DNA from: Octopus sinensis
Taxonomy: Eukaryota
Direction: 5' to 3'
Assembly (NCBI RefSeq): GCF_006345805.1
Contig: NC_043016.1
Coordinates: forward strand, 24,304,001-24,368,000
Length of the DNA: 64,000 nt
Shown: piece by piece, positions 40,438-53,815 of the stretch
Layout of the letters: the number at the start of each line of letters is the position of its first letter
Numbering within the stretch: position 1 is the first letter of the stretch
Notes under the pieces: model-generated
Told to the model about the DNA's origin: nothing
Seen by the model: only the letters and a program-made list of their open reading frames with translations
Databases searched by the model: none
Position numbers and translations under genes: made by a program

Positions 40438-41468
40438 TTCATTCTTCTAGCTGTCTGCTTTCTTATAAATACGACAGAATTCATTTCCAGCCAAATAATA
40501 TTCGGAATGCAATTCATAATCACTCTGTCCTTTCCTCTTACCATTTATCTCGTCTTCTCATTCACAACATTGCTCTATCAAAGCAAGACTGATCAACTAA
40601 AGCACATTCATTCATTTTCCTGATTTTGGTACGTTACATTTATTCTTTGTAAATTGCATCAATGTGAAACATTTCACTGCTCTTTCTACCACGCGCTGCT
40701 ACCACATAACAGCTTCACGCAAATACCCGTTCACTGGTAGCATGACGTGTTACAACCAACCAAATCGGTTAATGTTTACAAGTACACCTGCATATCAACT
40801 CCAAATACTTTTCTTTCTTTTCCAGTGGATTCATGTTTTCCATCACGGACATTCTAATTATGCAAAAATAATACCTTTCATTTTCAATTCCCTGTCCCTA
40901 CTCCTCATTTTTACATTTTCACTCCCACTTCTTACAATTTTCATTACTGAAATGCGTGCCAATGCACGCATTAAAATTTCACGTGACTGTTTTTGCTTCT
41001 TCTTTTATGTGGACTTGCAGACCTACCAACCATTCCTACACTCACATGCAGCATGAATGGCAGTTTCTGCCCCACGAGCACCACTAAACAAAGCTAAGCA
41101 ATTCATCCAGTTGCTCTTTCATTAACCCATTCCCTATCCAATCTATACAACAGAGCAGCCATACATTGACAAACAACACCCACAATTCATGTCCACACAA
41201 ACGACAACATTCCCAACACAATTCATAAACAATTTCTCCTTGCTCTTACCATTTCTCTCGCCTTCCTTTTCACAACTGTTTCCATTCTCCTTTTCATGTC
41301 ATAACACTAATATCATTTTATACATTTACCATTCTACTTACTACCACTTCATTATTACCACAGCAGCTGCAAGTTTTCAACTGCTCTACACTTACATACT
41401 AACCCTTCAATTAAGATTTCATACTACACTGTGTATCTCACTGCATTTCTTCACGCTTATTTTAGATC

Positions 41469-44400
41469 ATGCCCCAAAGGAAGACTTCTTCAATTGAACA
41501 AAAAACTGCAAAAGCTGCAAGATCATCAGCAAGGAGGGCTAAAGAATCATCAGTCAAAACTTACATTAGATGATCACAAAATGCTGAACGTACAGCCACT
41601 TCAAGAGCACTTCAAACAGATCACCAGCGTACAGTTCGACGAACTGTTGATGCTGCCTCAACTGCTGCTGCACGAGCTGCAGAGAAGAAAAGCGAACATG
41701 CTAGACGCCTGCTCAGGAATGCTGCCAACATGGCTACTGCACAAGCTTCCCACACATTACAACAGAGATACGCGATGCTGCAGACTTCCATTCAACAAAG
41801 AGCTCATAGACGAGGATTTTCAAAGCCATGCAGCTCACGATGGTTATTAAAGGCTTTCCACTACAACCCTAACCTTCACTGACTGCCACCCAGATATGAA
41901 CATTGGAGATATGTCCATCACTTGCTCTTTCTGCAATGCTAAGAAGTGGTCAAGAGAAACTCCTGCAATGTGTTGCGCTAATGGAAAAGTTAACCTCACT
42001 CCGCTGAAGGATCCACCACAGCTGTTAAAGTCACTCTACACTGGCACAACTACAGAGTCAAAACATTTCCTGAATAACAGTGCATTTCAAATGCCATCTT
42101 TCGGCACTAATGTTGTTCAAGAAGGCGGGTTTATGCCAACTTTCAAAGTGCAGGGACAGGTTTACCATAGGATAGGATCGCTTGAACCTGCTGAAAATCA
42201 AGATCCTCAATTCCTTCAACTGTACTTTGTAGGTAATTTACATGAACAAGCCACCCAACGAAACTCCATATCCACTGTTACTAACTTTCACATGAAATGC
42301 AACTGCAAAACCTTTTGCACCAGAAAAACAGCTATGTATGCAGCTTCAAGTATACCTTGGAAACAGAGGCTTCATCAAATTTTAATGTTGTCATTGATGC
42401 CCAGAAAAGACCATCCTGGGAACAAGCAGGCCGTTACAATGCACCCACATGCAATGAAATAGCTATACTCCTCCACAATGAACAGCACAATCCTAGAGAC
42501 ATTGTCCTCAGGCGACGTGACACCACCCTCCAACGAATTAGTGAAACACACAGATCATACGATACACTCCAATACCCACTTCTGTTTATTAATGATGAGG
42601 ATGACTACCACATTGGTCTACTACAGCAACATCCTCAAAAATCTTAATGAACATCTCAACAAGCCAATATCCTGCATGGACTTCTACTCATACCGATTTA
42701 TGACCCGAAACAACTGCTGTAATCACCTCCACCAGTCTCGAGAGCTGTTTCATCAATTTGCAGTCGATATGTGCGCAAAAATGGAATCAGAGAGATTGTG
42801 TTTCATCAGGTCACATCAAAAAAATTGCGATCCGACAGCTACATCCATCTCCGAGATGCCATCAACAATGATGCTGTTCCAACAAACCTAGGAAAACTTT
42901 GCATCTTGCCTTCTACATTCACTGGAAGTCCCCGATATATGCATGAAAGAACACAGGATGCAATGACCTTTGTCTGCCATTACGGCAAGCCTGACCTGTT
43001 CATAACTTTCACATGCAATCCCAAGTGGAAGGAGATTCAGGCCAAACTCTTCTTCGCTCAAAAGCCTAAAGACAGGCATGACCTCCTTGCCTGAGGTTTC
43101 CATCTGAAGTTAATCTCTCTCATGGAGCTCATAAAAAAAGGACAAGTCTTTGGGCTCATACAATGTGGCATGTACACAATCGAATGGCAAAAAGGGGGCC
43201 TTCCACATGCTCATACCCTGCTTTGGCTCTCAACGAAGATCAATCCCAATGACATCAACAAGATAATCTCTGCAGAGCTTCCTGATCCAGCTTTAAACAA
43301 AGTACTATACGAAATAGTTAAAGCAAACATGGTACATGGTCCATGTGGGCGTGGATTCAACATAAACTCACCATGCTTGAAAGACAGCGTATGTTCAAAA
43401 AGGTTTCCAAGGAGGTTCCTACAAGAAACTCAGACAGGTGCTGATGGGCATCCATCATACAGACGGAGAAAACCAGAAGACGGAGGTTTCACAGCAACTA
43501 TTGGACAGCACAATGTTGATAATAGATGGATTGTTTCCTACCGCCCACTCCTGTCAAAGACTTTCAATGCCCACATCAACATTGAGTTTTGCAACTCCAT
43601 TAAATCCATAAAGTACGTTTGCAAATATGTAAACAAGGGTTCTGATGCTGCAATGTTTGGACTTTAACAAGAAAACTGCCAGGATGAGGTGACGCACTAT
43701 CAGGTGGGATGGTACATAATTAGCAACGAGGCTTTCTGGCGCATCTTTGGCTTTCCACTTCACCAACGACACACTGCCATTCAACAGCTTGCAGTGCACC
43801 TGGAAAACAGTCAAAGAGTGTACTTGACTGATGCTAATGCTTCTCTGTTGGCAGAGGAACCAAGAGATAGCACACTCACTGCATTCTTCAAGCTTTGTCA
43901 AGTGGATCCATTTGCTCAAACCTTGCTGTATCCACAGATTCCATCGTACTACACTTGGAATGGAAAAAAATGGGCCCCTAGGAAAGCAGGTCAAAATGTT
44001 CATAGATACCCTGGCATTAAGTTTCACACTTGCTTTGGGCGAGTATACACAGTGCATCCCACTCAACAAGAGTGCTTCTACCTCAGACTACTACTGCATG
44101 AGGTCAGAGGGCCAACGTCTTTCCAGGCCCTAAAAACCGTTCATAGATATGTCTGCACAATATACAGAGAAATCTGCTATCGACAAGGTCTGTTAGAAGA
44201 TGGTGCACAATGGGATGCAACTTTGGGAGAGGCTGCTTTATCAGAATCACCTAAAAGTCTCAGAGCACTATTTGCAGTATTACTACAGGCATGCAAACTG
44301 TGTGATCCTGCCACTCTATGGCTCAAATACAGAGACAACCTGGCTGAGGACTGTAAGCGGCAAGCTCAACTGCTCTATTCTGACATGGAGGGTATCAGCA

Positions 44401-45905
44401 ATGAAGTCTATAACAAAACTCTCATTGACATTGAAGACAGAATTGCTACACTGGGTGGAAAGGAATTGTCCACGTATGGCCTGCCACAAACATTCAGGTC
44501 AGGGTCAAATAGCCTTTCGACTGCTGTCATTCGTGAAACAACCTACGACACTCAAGCGCTTTCAAAGTACATTGTTGAAAATGAGCCTAAATTACTTCCG
44601 GACTAGCTGCAGGCCTACAGAACTATTCTTAACAGTGTACGCCAACACAAGGGACGAATCTTCTTCCTTGATGCTCCTGGAGGGACAAGAAAAACATTTA
44701 TTACAAAGCTTCTCCTTGCAAAAGTTAGGCAGCAGCAGAATATTGCAGTAGCTGTAGCCTCCTCTGGCATTGCAGCTACTTTGTTACCCGGTGGTAGGAC
44801 AGCACACTCAACTTTTAAACTCCCTCTCAATTTAGCAGCATCCGACATGCCTTCATGCAACATCAACAAAAGCTCAGATCAGGGGCAAGTACTTAAAATG
44901 TGTTATCTAATTGTCTGGGATGAGTGCATCATGGCTCACAAGGGAGCTTTGGAAGCCTTAGATAGAGCCCTGAAAGACATCTGAGACTGCCAGGCTCTTG
45001 TTGTCAGGTGATTTCAGGCAAACTCTTCCTGTCATTCCAAAAGGTATGAGAGCAGATGAGGTCCAAGCATACCTAAAGAGGATTGGCATCATGTTACAAT
45101 CCTCAGTCTCACCACTAACATGAGAGCTCAGCTATACGGTGATCAAATGTCCACAAAGTTTGTACACTTTTTGACACTTGGTGAAGGCAAGGTGCCTCTC
45201 GACGGTGCAGGAAGTGTGGTCATTAATTCTGTAGATGACCTCAAACACAAAGTCTTTCCCAACTTCACACAAAACTACCAAAATCACAATTGGCTGTGTG
45301 AAAGAGCAATATTAGCTCCAAAAAACGCCGCTGTTAAAAAAATTAATCAACAGCTAATACATTCTCTTCCCGGCACTATTCACACTCAGAAGTCTGTTGC
45401 TACAATTCCAGATAAAAATGAAGTGGTGAACTATCCTCCTGAATTTCTCAATTCGCTAGAGCCTCCTGGACTATCTCCCCAAATATTAGCACTTAAAGTT
45501 GGAACTCCTGTAATGCTACTCTGCAATCTGGAACCACCAAGACTTTGCAATGGAACACGACTGATGATAAAGAAAATGATGTCACACGTTATCGAGGCAA
45601 TCATTCTTTCTGGATGTGGAAAAGGTGATGATGTCTTTATTCCAAGAATTCCTCTTACTCCATCAGGAGCAGAAATTCCATTTACATTCAGAAGACTGCA
45701 ATTCCCCCTTCGTGTCAGCTTTGCCATGTCCATTAACAAATCTCAGGGTCAAACCCTCTCTGTAGCTGGTCTTCTCTTGGAAGAGCCCTGCTTCTCACAT
45801 GGACAACTGTATGTTGGCTGCTCAAGAGTGGGAAGCAAAAGAAACCTCTTTGTATAGGCTCCACAAGGAAAAACAAGGAACATTGTTTACAACGAGGTGT
45901 TATAA
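41469..45905 (+). pseudogene. Helitron Rep (HUH)/Pif1 helicase pseudogene
   Basis: Zn site CSFC..CC; Rep motifs PDLFITFTCNPKW, EWQKGGLPHAH, KYVCKYVNKG; helicase motifs DAPGGTRKT (Walker A mutated), IVWDE, GDFRQTLPV, CNGTRL, FAMSINKSQGQT, SHGQLYVGCSRV; many stops and frameshifts. Confidence 0.95.
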
Positions 45906-46379
45906 TCTCAACAGCCAGGAGGTATGTACATGATCCCCCCCCCCACTTTTTTTTTTCTTACCAAACTTCATGTATTTATATTAATATACAAGAATCAATG
46001 AATATTCAAGAACAGTGAAATAATAGGGAATGTCTGCATAAAAAGTGAAATATAAAGATTTGGATAAAATATTGCATGGATGGTTACCTCCCAACTCTCA
46101 AATACCCCACCACCACTATTTAGTCAAGAGGGTTTTTTGCTTTCCATTGTCTGACTTGCAAGTTACTTGGTGACCCACTTGTGCTAGCGGCATACAAAAA
46201 GCACCCAGTACACACTAAAGTGGTTGATATCAGGAAGGGCATCTGTCCATAAAAACCATGCTAAAGTTGACATTAAACCATTCAACTCATGCCAGCATAG
46301 AAAGCAGGCATTAAAATGATGACTGGAGGTTATGGCTACATTTATGATTTTAGCCAAAGCTAAAATGTTAAGTAGCTAT

Positions 46380-46733
46380 AGGCGCAGGAGTGGCTGTATG
46401 GTAAGTAGCTTGCTTACCAACCACATGGTTCCAGGTTCAGTCCCACTGCGTGGTATCTTGGGAAAGTGTCTTCTACTTTATAGCCACGCGCTGACTGTTG
46501 TATATGTGTGTGTGTGTGTGTGTGTGTATGTTTGTGTGTCTGTGTTTGTCCCCCTAGCATTGCTTGACAACCGATGCTGATGTGTTTATGTGCCCATAAC
46601 TTAGCAGTTCAGCAAAAGAGTCCGATAGAATAAGTACTAGGCTTACAAAGAATAAGTCCCAGGGTCGATTTGCTCAACTAAAGGCAGTGCTCTAGCATGG
46701 CCACAGTCAAATGACTGAAACAAGTAAAAGAGT
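46380..46733 (+). mobile_element. Bipartite SINE (GGCGCAGGAGTGGCTGT.. head, TG microsatellite, ..GAAACAAGTAAAAGAGTA tail)
   Basis: Head module recurs at about 19030, 19440, 23570, 33190, 36640, 55565, 60270 and inverted at about 24850, 47250, 49030, 50440, 63620; tail module at about 3420, 22620, 48490, 61060. Confidence 0.8.
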
Positions 46734-46744
46734 ATCTGTATTTG

Positions 46745-47110
46745 AAATCCTCCACCGTTTTCTTTGATGGTATGGTTGACCAGATTTAATAAACTTGTCG
46801 AGGAAAGCTGACCAAATATACAATGCCAATGAAACCAGCATTTTAATGGAAATGTTATTTTGCTGACAAAAATATTGACAGGTTTTGATGAAGCACATGG
46901 TTTTACGTATATTAAAGAATGAGGGATGGTTTCTCTCTTCTAAAACCTGAAAGAATACATGGATGTAATAAACTTTTACTGCAATTAGTTCGCTCACAAA
47001 TTTGAATCCACAGTTCGATTTATTTTGTTTAAAGGCTTAACCACATCACAAATTATTTTTCACTCTTTGATAACTGTAGTGCCCTTCCTCATGAATTTAA
47101 GTTTCAGCAA
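46745..47110 (+). mobile_element. pogo/Tigger transposase remnant
   Basis: ADQIYNANETSI (QIYNADETG) and KLFSLFDNCSALP (LLLDNCSAHP). Confidence 0.7.
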
Positions 47111-48049
47111 CCCTTATCTGTATTTCCAAATAAGGGATTTTTGTATTTCATAGATCTACAAAAATGCAGAGCAAGTTTATAATGTCAACATCAGCACTGC
47201 ATATATATATATATATATATATATAACAACCCTAATGTAAAATTCAGTCTAGCAAATACACTCTGCTTTGGTGAACCCCAGGGAGGTAGAAGACAATTGC
47301 CCAAGGTACCATGCAGTGGCACTGAACTCAAAACCACATACCTACCTATAAAGCAAACTTCTTAACCACATAGCCATGCTATATATATTTTATATAATGC
47401 TTGTCTACACTAACAATCAGTGGAAAAATTTTCTATGCCAATTTGTAGGCAAGAACATGTTTATTGTTATCCGTTATTACATGGACCATTATATATCATT
47501 CTTTACAAAGTAATATATAATTGGATATTTTCATACTTGCCAAACACTGAAATCATTAAAAGGCATTTCATCAGAAATTAAATTGCCAGACCCTTATCCT
47601 CAAATAAAAACAGATAGTACAATCACTGTGTGAAAGTGAATGGCATAGTGGTTAGGCTGTTGCATTCACGATCTAGTAATCGTTAGTTCAATTCTCTGAT
47701 TAGGCAGTGCATTGTGTTCTTGAACAAAACCTTTATTTCATGTTGCTCCAGTACCCCTTTCGATCAGGGTGGAATGTTGACCTGCTTACCTAACCAGCAG
47801 GGTGGTGTCATTTCAAGGTTAAAACAATGCAAAACGCATTGTGACCAGTGATGTTTGATAACATCTGATAGCCCGGTCAGTCATGTGATCATGTGTGGCA
47901 ATCACTACCTGCAACAATATATATTTAGTTGCAACCCATGGCAGTATGGGACATGGGCATTAAATATTAGTGATGGTGGTGGTGGTGATAGAAATAAAAG
48001 CTCCTGGAGCAGCCTAATGTTATCTGGACATACCAGAATCGACCGATAT

Positions 48050-48430
48050 TCACCAAAGAACTACACAAAATCAAACTATATCATATGTCAATTATCTTCC
48101 TAATCGTGTGTTTAAGTTACTGTATAAAAGTTATAAGCCTCTATAGTTTCCTCTCTAGTGCATCAAATTTGTGCTTGTAACAATTCACAATGGTGCCACC
48201 ACTCCAGATATTATTGGGTATGACAGGCTCTACATATGAGGATGACCATTCCATATCACACTGCTAGATATTTTAAGCATTTCAACAATGATTCCTGATG
48301 AACCAGGTGCTCTCCCTTCCTTCAAATCTGTAGTAATCTATCCATCATACAGCTGTCAACTTAGATGTAAGGTCCCTTTGTTGGGTCTACCTGGGATAGG
48401 CCCTCTTCCTTTCATGTATTCTCCTCACTC
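48050..48430 (-). mobile_element. RTE reverse transcriptase fragment
   Basis: KEGRAPGSSGIIVEMLK..IVNCYKHKFDALERGNYRGL. Confidence 0.8.
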
Positions 48431-48719
48431 ATCAACCCATCATTATTGTTATTTCATATACATTATATATATATATACATATATATATCTTTTACTACTT
48501 GTTTCAGCTATTAGACTGTAACCATGCTGGGGGCCTCCACCTTGAAGAATTTTTAGTAAAATGTATTGACTCCAGTACATTTTTTTTTAAAGCCTGGTAC
48601 TTAATCTATCTCTTTCTTTTGCCAAACCACTAAGTTACAAAGACATAAACACACCAACACCAATTGTCAAGTAGTGAGTGTGGGGGACAAGTACAGATAC
48701 AAAAACATATACGCATATA

Positions 48720-48740
48720 TATATACACACAAATATACAT

Positions 48741-48785
<45 letters not shown>

Positions 48786-48984
48786 CACATATATATATAT
48801 ATATACATATGATGACATATATATATATACATACGATGACATATATATATACATACATTACACATACATATATATACATACGATGACATATATATATATA
48901 CATACATATACACATACATATATATATATACATACATATACACATACATATACATATATACATACATATCACATACATATACAT

Positions 48985-49016
<32 letters not shown>

Positions 49017-49040
49017 CTACATACACACACACACACACGT
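48720..49040. repeat. Compound (CA)/(TA)/(TACA) microsatellite
   Basis: Direct reading; generates spurious ORFs. Confidence 0.95.
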
Positions 49041-49336
49041 GCAGGTATTCTTTCAGTTTCTGTCTACCAAATTTACTCACAAGGCTTTGGTCGGCCCAAG
49101 GTTATAGTAGAAGACCACTCGTCCAAGGTGTCGTGCGCCATGTAGCTGGGGAGGAAGCTTTTTACCACACAGCCATAGCTCATAGTGTGTATTTTTTTTT
49201 GTGGGGGCCTGGGGGGAGGGGGACAAACTGAAGAGGTGCCCCAGGTAGCACACATTCTAGCTACCCTTGTAGAGAATACATATTCTTTTAATTGTTTCAG
49301 TCATTTGACTGCAGCCATGCTAGAGCACCGCCTTAA

Positions 49337-50411
49337 CCCTTTCATTACCAAACCGCCCGAAAAAGTTTTGGTTAATGTGACCAAACCACCCAAACCCGCC
49401 CGTATTTACCTATTCATATTTAAATGAGAATATCAGAGCAAATCTCTTTAGTACATTCGTAAAAACACGTATTATACTTCGTATACAGTTCATCTACAGT
49501 TTTGTACAAAAATCGAAGTGTAATTTTAATTCCGTGAATTTTGGGAGATTTTTTTCCGAAATTTGTTCCTATTGTGTTTTCAAAATTTGTAATTCTGACA
49601 AAAAATGGATACAAATTTCATTATATCAAGCAGCGAGTCAGAATTCGAAGGATTTTCTACTGAAGACCTTCATAAATCTAACTCTATGACTGAAAAAAAA
49701 AAAGCACGTGGTATTTGATAATGAATCTGATGTTTCATTTTCTGAAAGTGAAAACAGTGAATCCAAGAGCTCCGACAGCGATAAAGAAAATGAATTGGCA
49801 CCTGAATGGAGTGAAAATTTAAAAACTGTTTCTTTCGGTGATTTTTCTGAAGAAACTGGACCAAGCCACAGACTTTCCCAGAAGAGTAAAGCCTTAGACT
49901 ATTTCTTTTTACTTTATCGAATGAGCCTATTTGAAATCATTACGGTGGAAACGAACCGTTACGCTAAATGTAAACAAAGCGAAAGAAAGGATAGTTAGTG
50001 GTTTCCCATAACCTTAAATGAAATTAAGACTATTTTGCCATAAATATTATCATGGGTATCAGAAAGTTACCCAGAATAACAAATTCTATCGTAAAATTTT
50101 GTTGAATACCCAATTGAATATTAGCTAATAACCCATTTTCTATAGCGATGTTTGAACAAAATTTTAATAATTTTATATTTTGTTGAATTTACCTGTATCT
50201 ACCTGCAATTAGAGTCACTTTGTGACAAAAATTATAGTATAGAATTGGTTGAGAACATTTCATTAAATTATCTTCCAAAATTCACGTTAATATATTGATA
50301 AATAAAAAGTTATAGTTGTTTAATGAAACCAGACTAAATTTATGATTTTGTTAGAAATTAATTGGAACACATAAGAGGTGTATTTTGGTCAGAAATATAG
50401 TAACGAAAGGG
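49337..50411 (+). mobile_element. Internally deleted piggyBac element inserted in a SINE
   Basis: TTAA TSDs 49333-36 and 50412-15; TIRs CCCTTTCATTAC / GTAACGAAAGGG; N-terminal transposase fragment (acidic tract, LDYFFLLY..IITVETNRYA..W..I..NEIK..INIIMGI..LP). Confidence 0.9.
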
Positions 50412-50791
50412 TTAAAGGGTTTAGTTGAAGAACTCGGTGTGTGTGTGAGAGAGAGAGGTGTCCGCTTCACAACCTCATAGTTTGGGGTTGTCCCACAGTA
50501 CTTTGGCCAAATACCTTCTACTATAGTATGGTGTCGACCAAAGTCTTGTGATTGGATTTGGTAAGCAGAAACTGAAAGGAGCCCACTGTGTGTGTGTGTG
50601 TATTTAAATTTGTGTTTCTCCAAAAATTTCCAGTCACAAAATTGTCGGTTGATTTTAAACTTTCTGAGACATACAGTCTCAGTAAAAATGCAAACAGCCA
50701 ATATGTTTTATATTTTACAATCCATAATTCAAACAATAACTTGTCAAAATTTCTTCACAAGATAACTTCATCATTTATATTAGGTTTAAAT

Positions 50792-51176
50792 ATATATATA
50801 TTATTCAAATGAATTCCAACTGTCTGTTTTTTATGTTTTATTTATATTCTTTATAATATTAATGTAGAATATATAGTATAAATGGTATATATAGTAAAAT
50901 GAAATGAAGTATTGATTATCTTATTGAATAGATGAAATACTGAATATCAGATATTAAGGGACTAGTATACTTTCTTGCATTAAAGCAGTCTTCAAGGTGT
51001 CCCAGGTTGTGACAGGAGTGGATATTCAGTATTTCATCTATTCAATAAGACAATCAATACTTCATTTCATTTTACTATATATACTATCTATTCTATATTC
51101 TACATTAATATTATAAAGAATATAAATAAAACATAAAAAACAGACAGAGTTGGAATTCCTTTGAATAATATATATC
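50792..51176. repeat. Long inverted repeat, arms about 155 bp, 72-bp spacer
   Basis: 50792-50948 is the near-perfect reverse complement of 51021-51176. Confidence 0.9.
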
Positions 51177-51231
51177 CCTCTATACACAATCATACAAACC
51201 CCTTGTTATATATATAACAAAGGGTTATATA

Positions 51232-51420
51232 CTGGTGCTCTAATTCTGTCTTTATTTTTGTTTATTAACAGTTTTATAATATCACTTATACATTTTATAT
51301 ATATATATTATATATATATATATATATAATATATATATATATATAATATATATATATAATGTATAAGTGATATTATAAAACTGTTAATAAACAGAAATAA
51401 AGACAGAATTAGAGCACCAG
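51232..51420. repeat. Palindrome centred on an AT microsatellite
   Basis: ctggtgctctaattctgtctttattt.. / ..aaataaagacagaattagagcaccag with about 65-bp unique arms. Confidence 0.9.
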
Positions 51421-51617
51421 GTAGGACAGTATTTCAGTTGTGTCTTGAACAAGAGAAGCAATAATTTACAACTAGTTAATAAAGAAAAAACAAAATATTT
51501 AGTCCATAAAGAATAAAATAAAACTGTTAATTTAATGAATCAAGGGTAAACGATTATTTCATTAGCATAAAGAATAACAAATACCAAGAATGAAAATTAG
51601 TAAATAAAAGTGTATAT

Positions 51618-51652
<35 letters not shown>

Positions 51653-51676
51653 CATACATACATACACAGAGTGAGA

Positions 51677-52594
51677 GCAAGCAATAAGAAAATGGAGGGG
51701 ATCAATAGGTGGTTCATCAACTTTTAGACATATTATGTCAACTTATTTATTTATTTACTAAACTGAAAATTATAAGAATATACATCATCATCGTTTAGCG
51801 TCCATTTTCCATGCTAGCATGGGTTGGACGGTTCAACCGGAGTCTGGGAAGCCAAAAGGCTGCACCAGGCTCCAGACTGATCTGGCAGTGTTTCTAGAGC
51901 TGGATACCCTTCTTAATGCCAACCACTCCATGAGTGTAGTGGGTGCTATTTATGTGCCACCGGCACGGAAGCCAGTCAAAGCAGTGCCGGCACTGGCCAC
52001 GTTCGGATGGTGTTTTTTATGTGCCACCAGCACAGGTATCACAACTACAATTTCCATTTGATTTTTATTTGATGTTGATGTACTTGACTCAATAGGTCTC
52101 CTCAAGCACAGCAGGCCATCCTGCGATCCAAGGTAAGCAGAGCAGGCCGTCCTGCAGTCCAAGGTACTTTGATATGCGGAGCTGGTGCAGGAAACAGCCA
52201 TGAACTCATGTTATTTGTCAGGTCTTCGCAGTCACAGCATATCTCCATGTATAACATATTATACTTTACATATAAGATATAAAATATATTAATATATAAA
52301 GATATTAATGATGATGATGATGATGATGATTAATATACAATATATAAAGATACCAGTAATTATTACAATATAACATACATGAATATAAATTGGGAATATT
52401 CATGTATGTTATATTGTAATAATTACTGGTATCTTTATATATTAATATATTTTATATCTTATATGTAAAGCATAATATGTTATACATGTATGTATATTCT
52501 TGTAATTGTCAGTTTAGTAAATAAATAAGTTGACATAATATAATGTCTAAAAGTTGATGAACCACCTATTGATCCCCTCCATTTTCTTATTGCT
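51677..52594. repeat. Nested inverted repeats enclosing an RTE-tail copy (51782-52227) and an inner palindrome (52226-52490)
   Basis: Outer arms about 51677-51785 and 52489-52594; inner arms meet at about 52388-52396. Confidence 0.85.
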
Positions 52595-52771
52595 CTATAA
52601 ATTAATGGTAAAATATCTCTTACCCTCCACCCATCGAGTACGCTAGGTAATGTAATTGCAATGCAATAAAAATAAACACTTGTGTATTAATAATTGGGTA
52701 TTGTACCAGCAGTATATTAGATAGATATTATCCCTTAGTTGGTTGGATTCACAACCTCTAACTTTATTGGA

Positions 52772-52826
<55 letters not shown>

Positions 52827-52828
52827 TA

Positions 52829-53599
52829 AGGTCTGATCAATAAGTATCCAGACTGTTGCCATAGTGACGAAGCTAAAGCATGCAGAGTGAAGCTGCTTGG
52901 CAAAGATTGACCTTGAACTCTGTTGTGCATGTGCACTAAGTTTTAACATTCTACTCATTTCTACTGTTTACAACAGTGCTTGGAAGGAAGGTGCGTAGTG
53001 TGTGATCGTTGCACTGACCATGACAGAGGAATCTGTTACTGCAATACCTGCTCAGGGGCCTATGCAAAGTTGCAGATAGTGTATAGAGAGTGGAGCATGA
53101 GTCACACACAGGTGTATGAGTGGTTCAGACGTTTCCAGGATGGCCAAAAAAAAATGTTGATATTGACTAACATTCTGGGAGACCCATAACCAGTAGGACA
53201 GAGAAAAACATCACAGATATCCATGCAGCTGTGAGGGGAAATCGTTAAATCCCCGTCCAAGAGTTATCAGAGTATGTGCAGATTAGTTACGGTTCAGTTC
53301 AGTCCATTATCACTGAAGATTTGGGTATGAGACACATGACTTCCAAATTTGCGCCAAAACTGCTTTCAGCTGATCTAGAATGGTGAAAACTTTTTGAAAA
53401 CTTTGCATAAGCCTCTGAGCAAGTATCAGCAAGTTTTTGATAAAATTTGGTGCAGATTCTCTGTCATGATCAATGCGATGATCACACGTTACACACCTTT
53501 CTTCCAAGCACTGCTATAAACAGTGGAAGTGAACTAGATCATTAAAACTTTAGCTTTGTTACTATGGCAACAATCCAGCTACTTACTGATCAGACCACG
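52829..53599 (+). mobile_element. Internally deleted mariner with extended inverted termini
   Basis: TA-flanked ends GGTCTGATCAATAAGT / ACTTACTGATCAGACC; HTH fragments YAKLQIVYREWSMSHTQVYEWFRRF and ISYGSVQSIITEDLGMRHMTSKFAPKLL; no catalytic domain. Confidence 0.85.
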
Positions 53600-53641
53600 T
53601 ATATATGTATATGTATGTGTATAAATATGTGTGTGTGTATA

Positions 53642-53674
<33 letters not shown>

Positions 53675-53815
53675 ATTACTCCAAGTTACCAAAACGATGA
53701 AAGAAGCAAACTTTAAAGCTATTAAGAAGTGTTTGGAAACACAGAATAACAACAATAATATGTGCAAAATCAAATGAAACTCGGCTATGAATGATGTCAT
53801 TGGATTTTAGGACAT

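Larger units (their letters stand above)
39577..45905 (+). mobile_element. Helitron, formerly autonomous, 3' terminus not found
   Basis: 5' A|TCTATATATATAA start; about 1.9 kb leader; RepHel remnant 41469-45905. Confidence 0.9.

Noticed and set aside
46170-46200. CTAG as Helitron 3' terminus
   Set aside because: Followed by C rather than T, no subterminal GC hairpin, and part of an RTE-tail repeat.
46707-46997. 96-aa minus-strand ORF with an acceptor at about 46946
   Set aside because: Antisense to the pogo transposase remnant.
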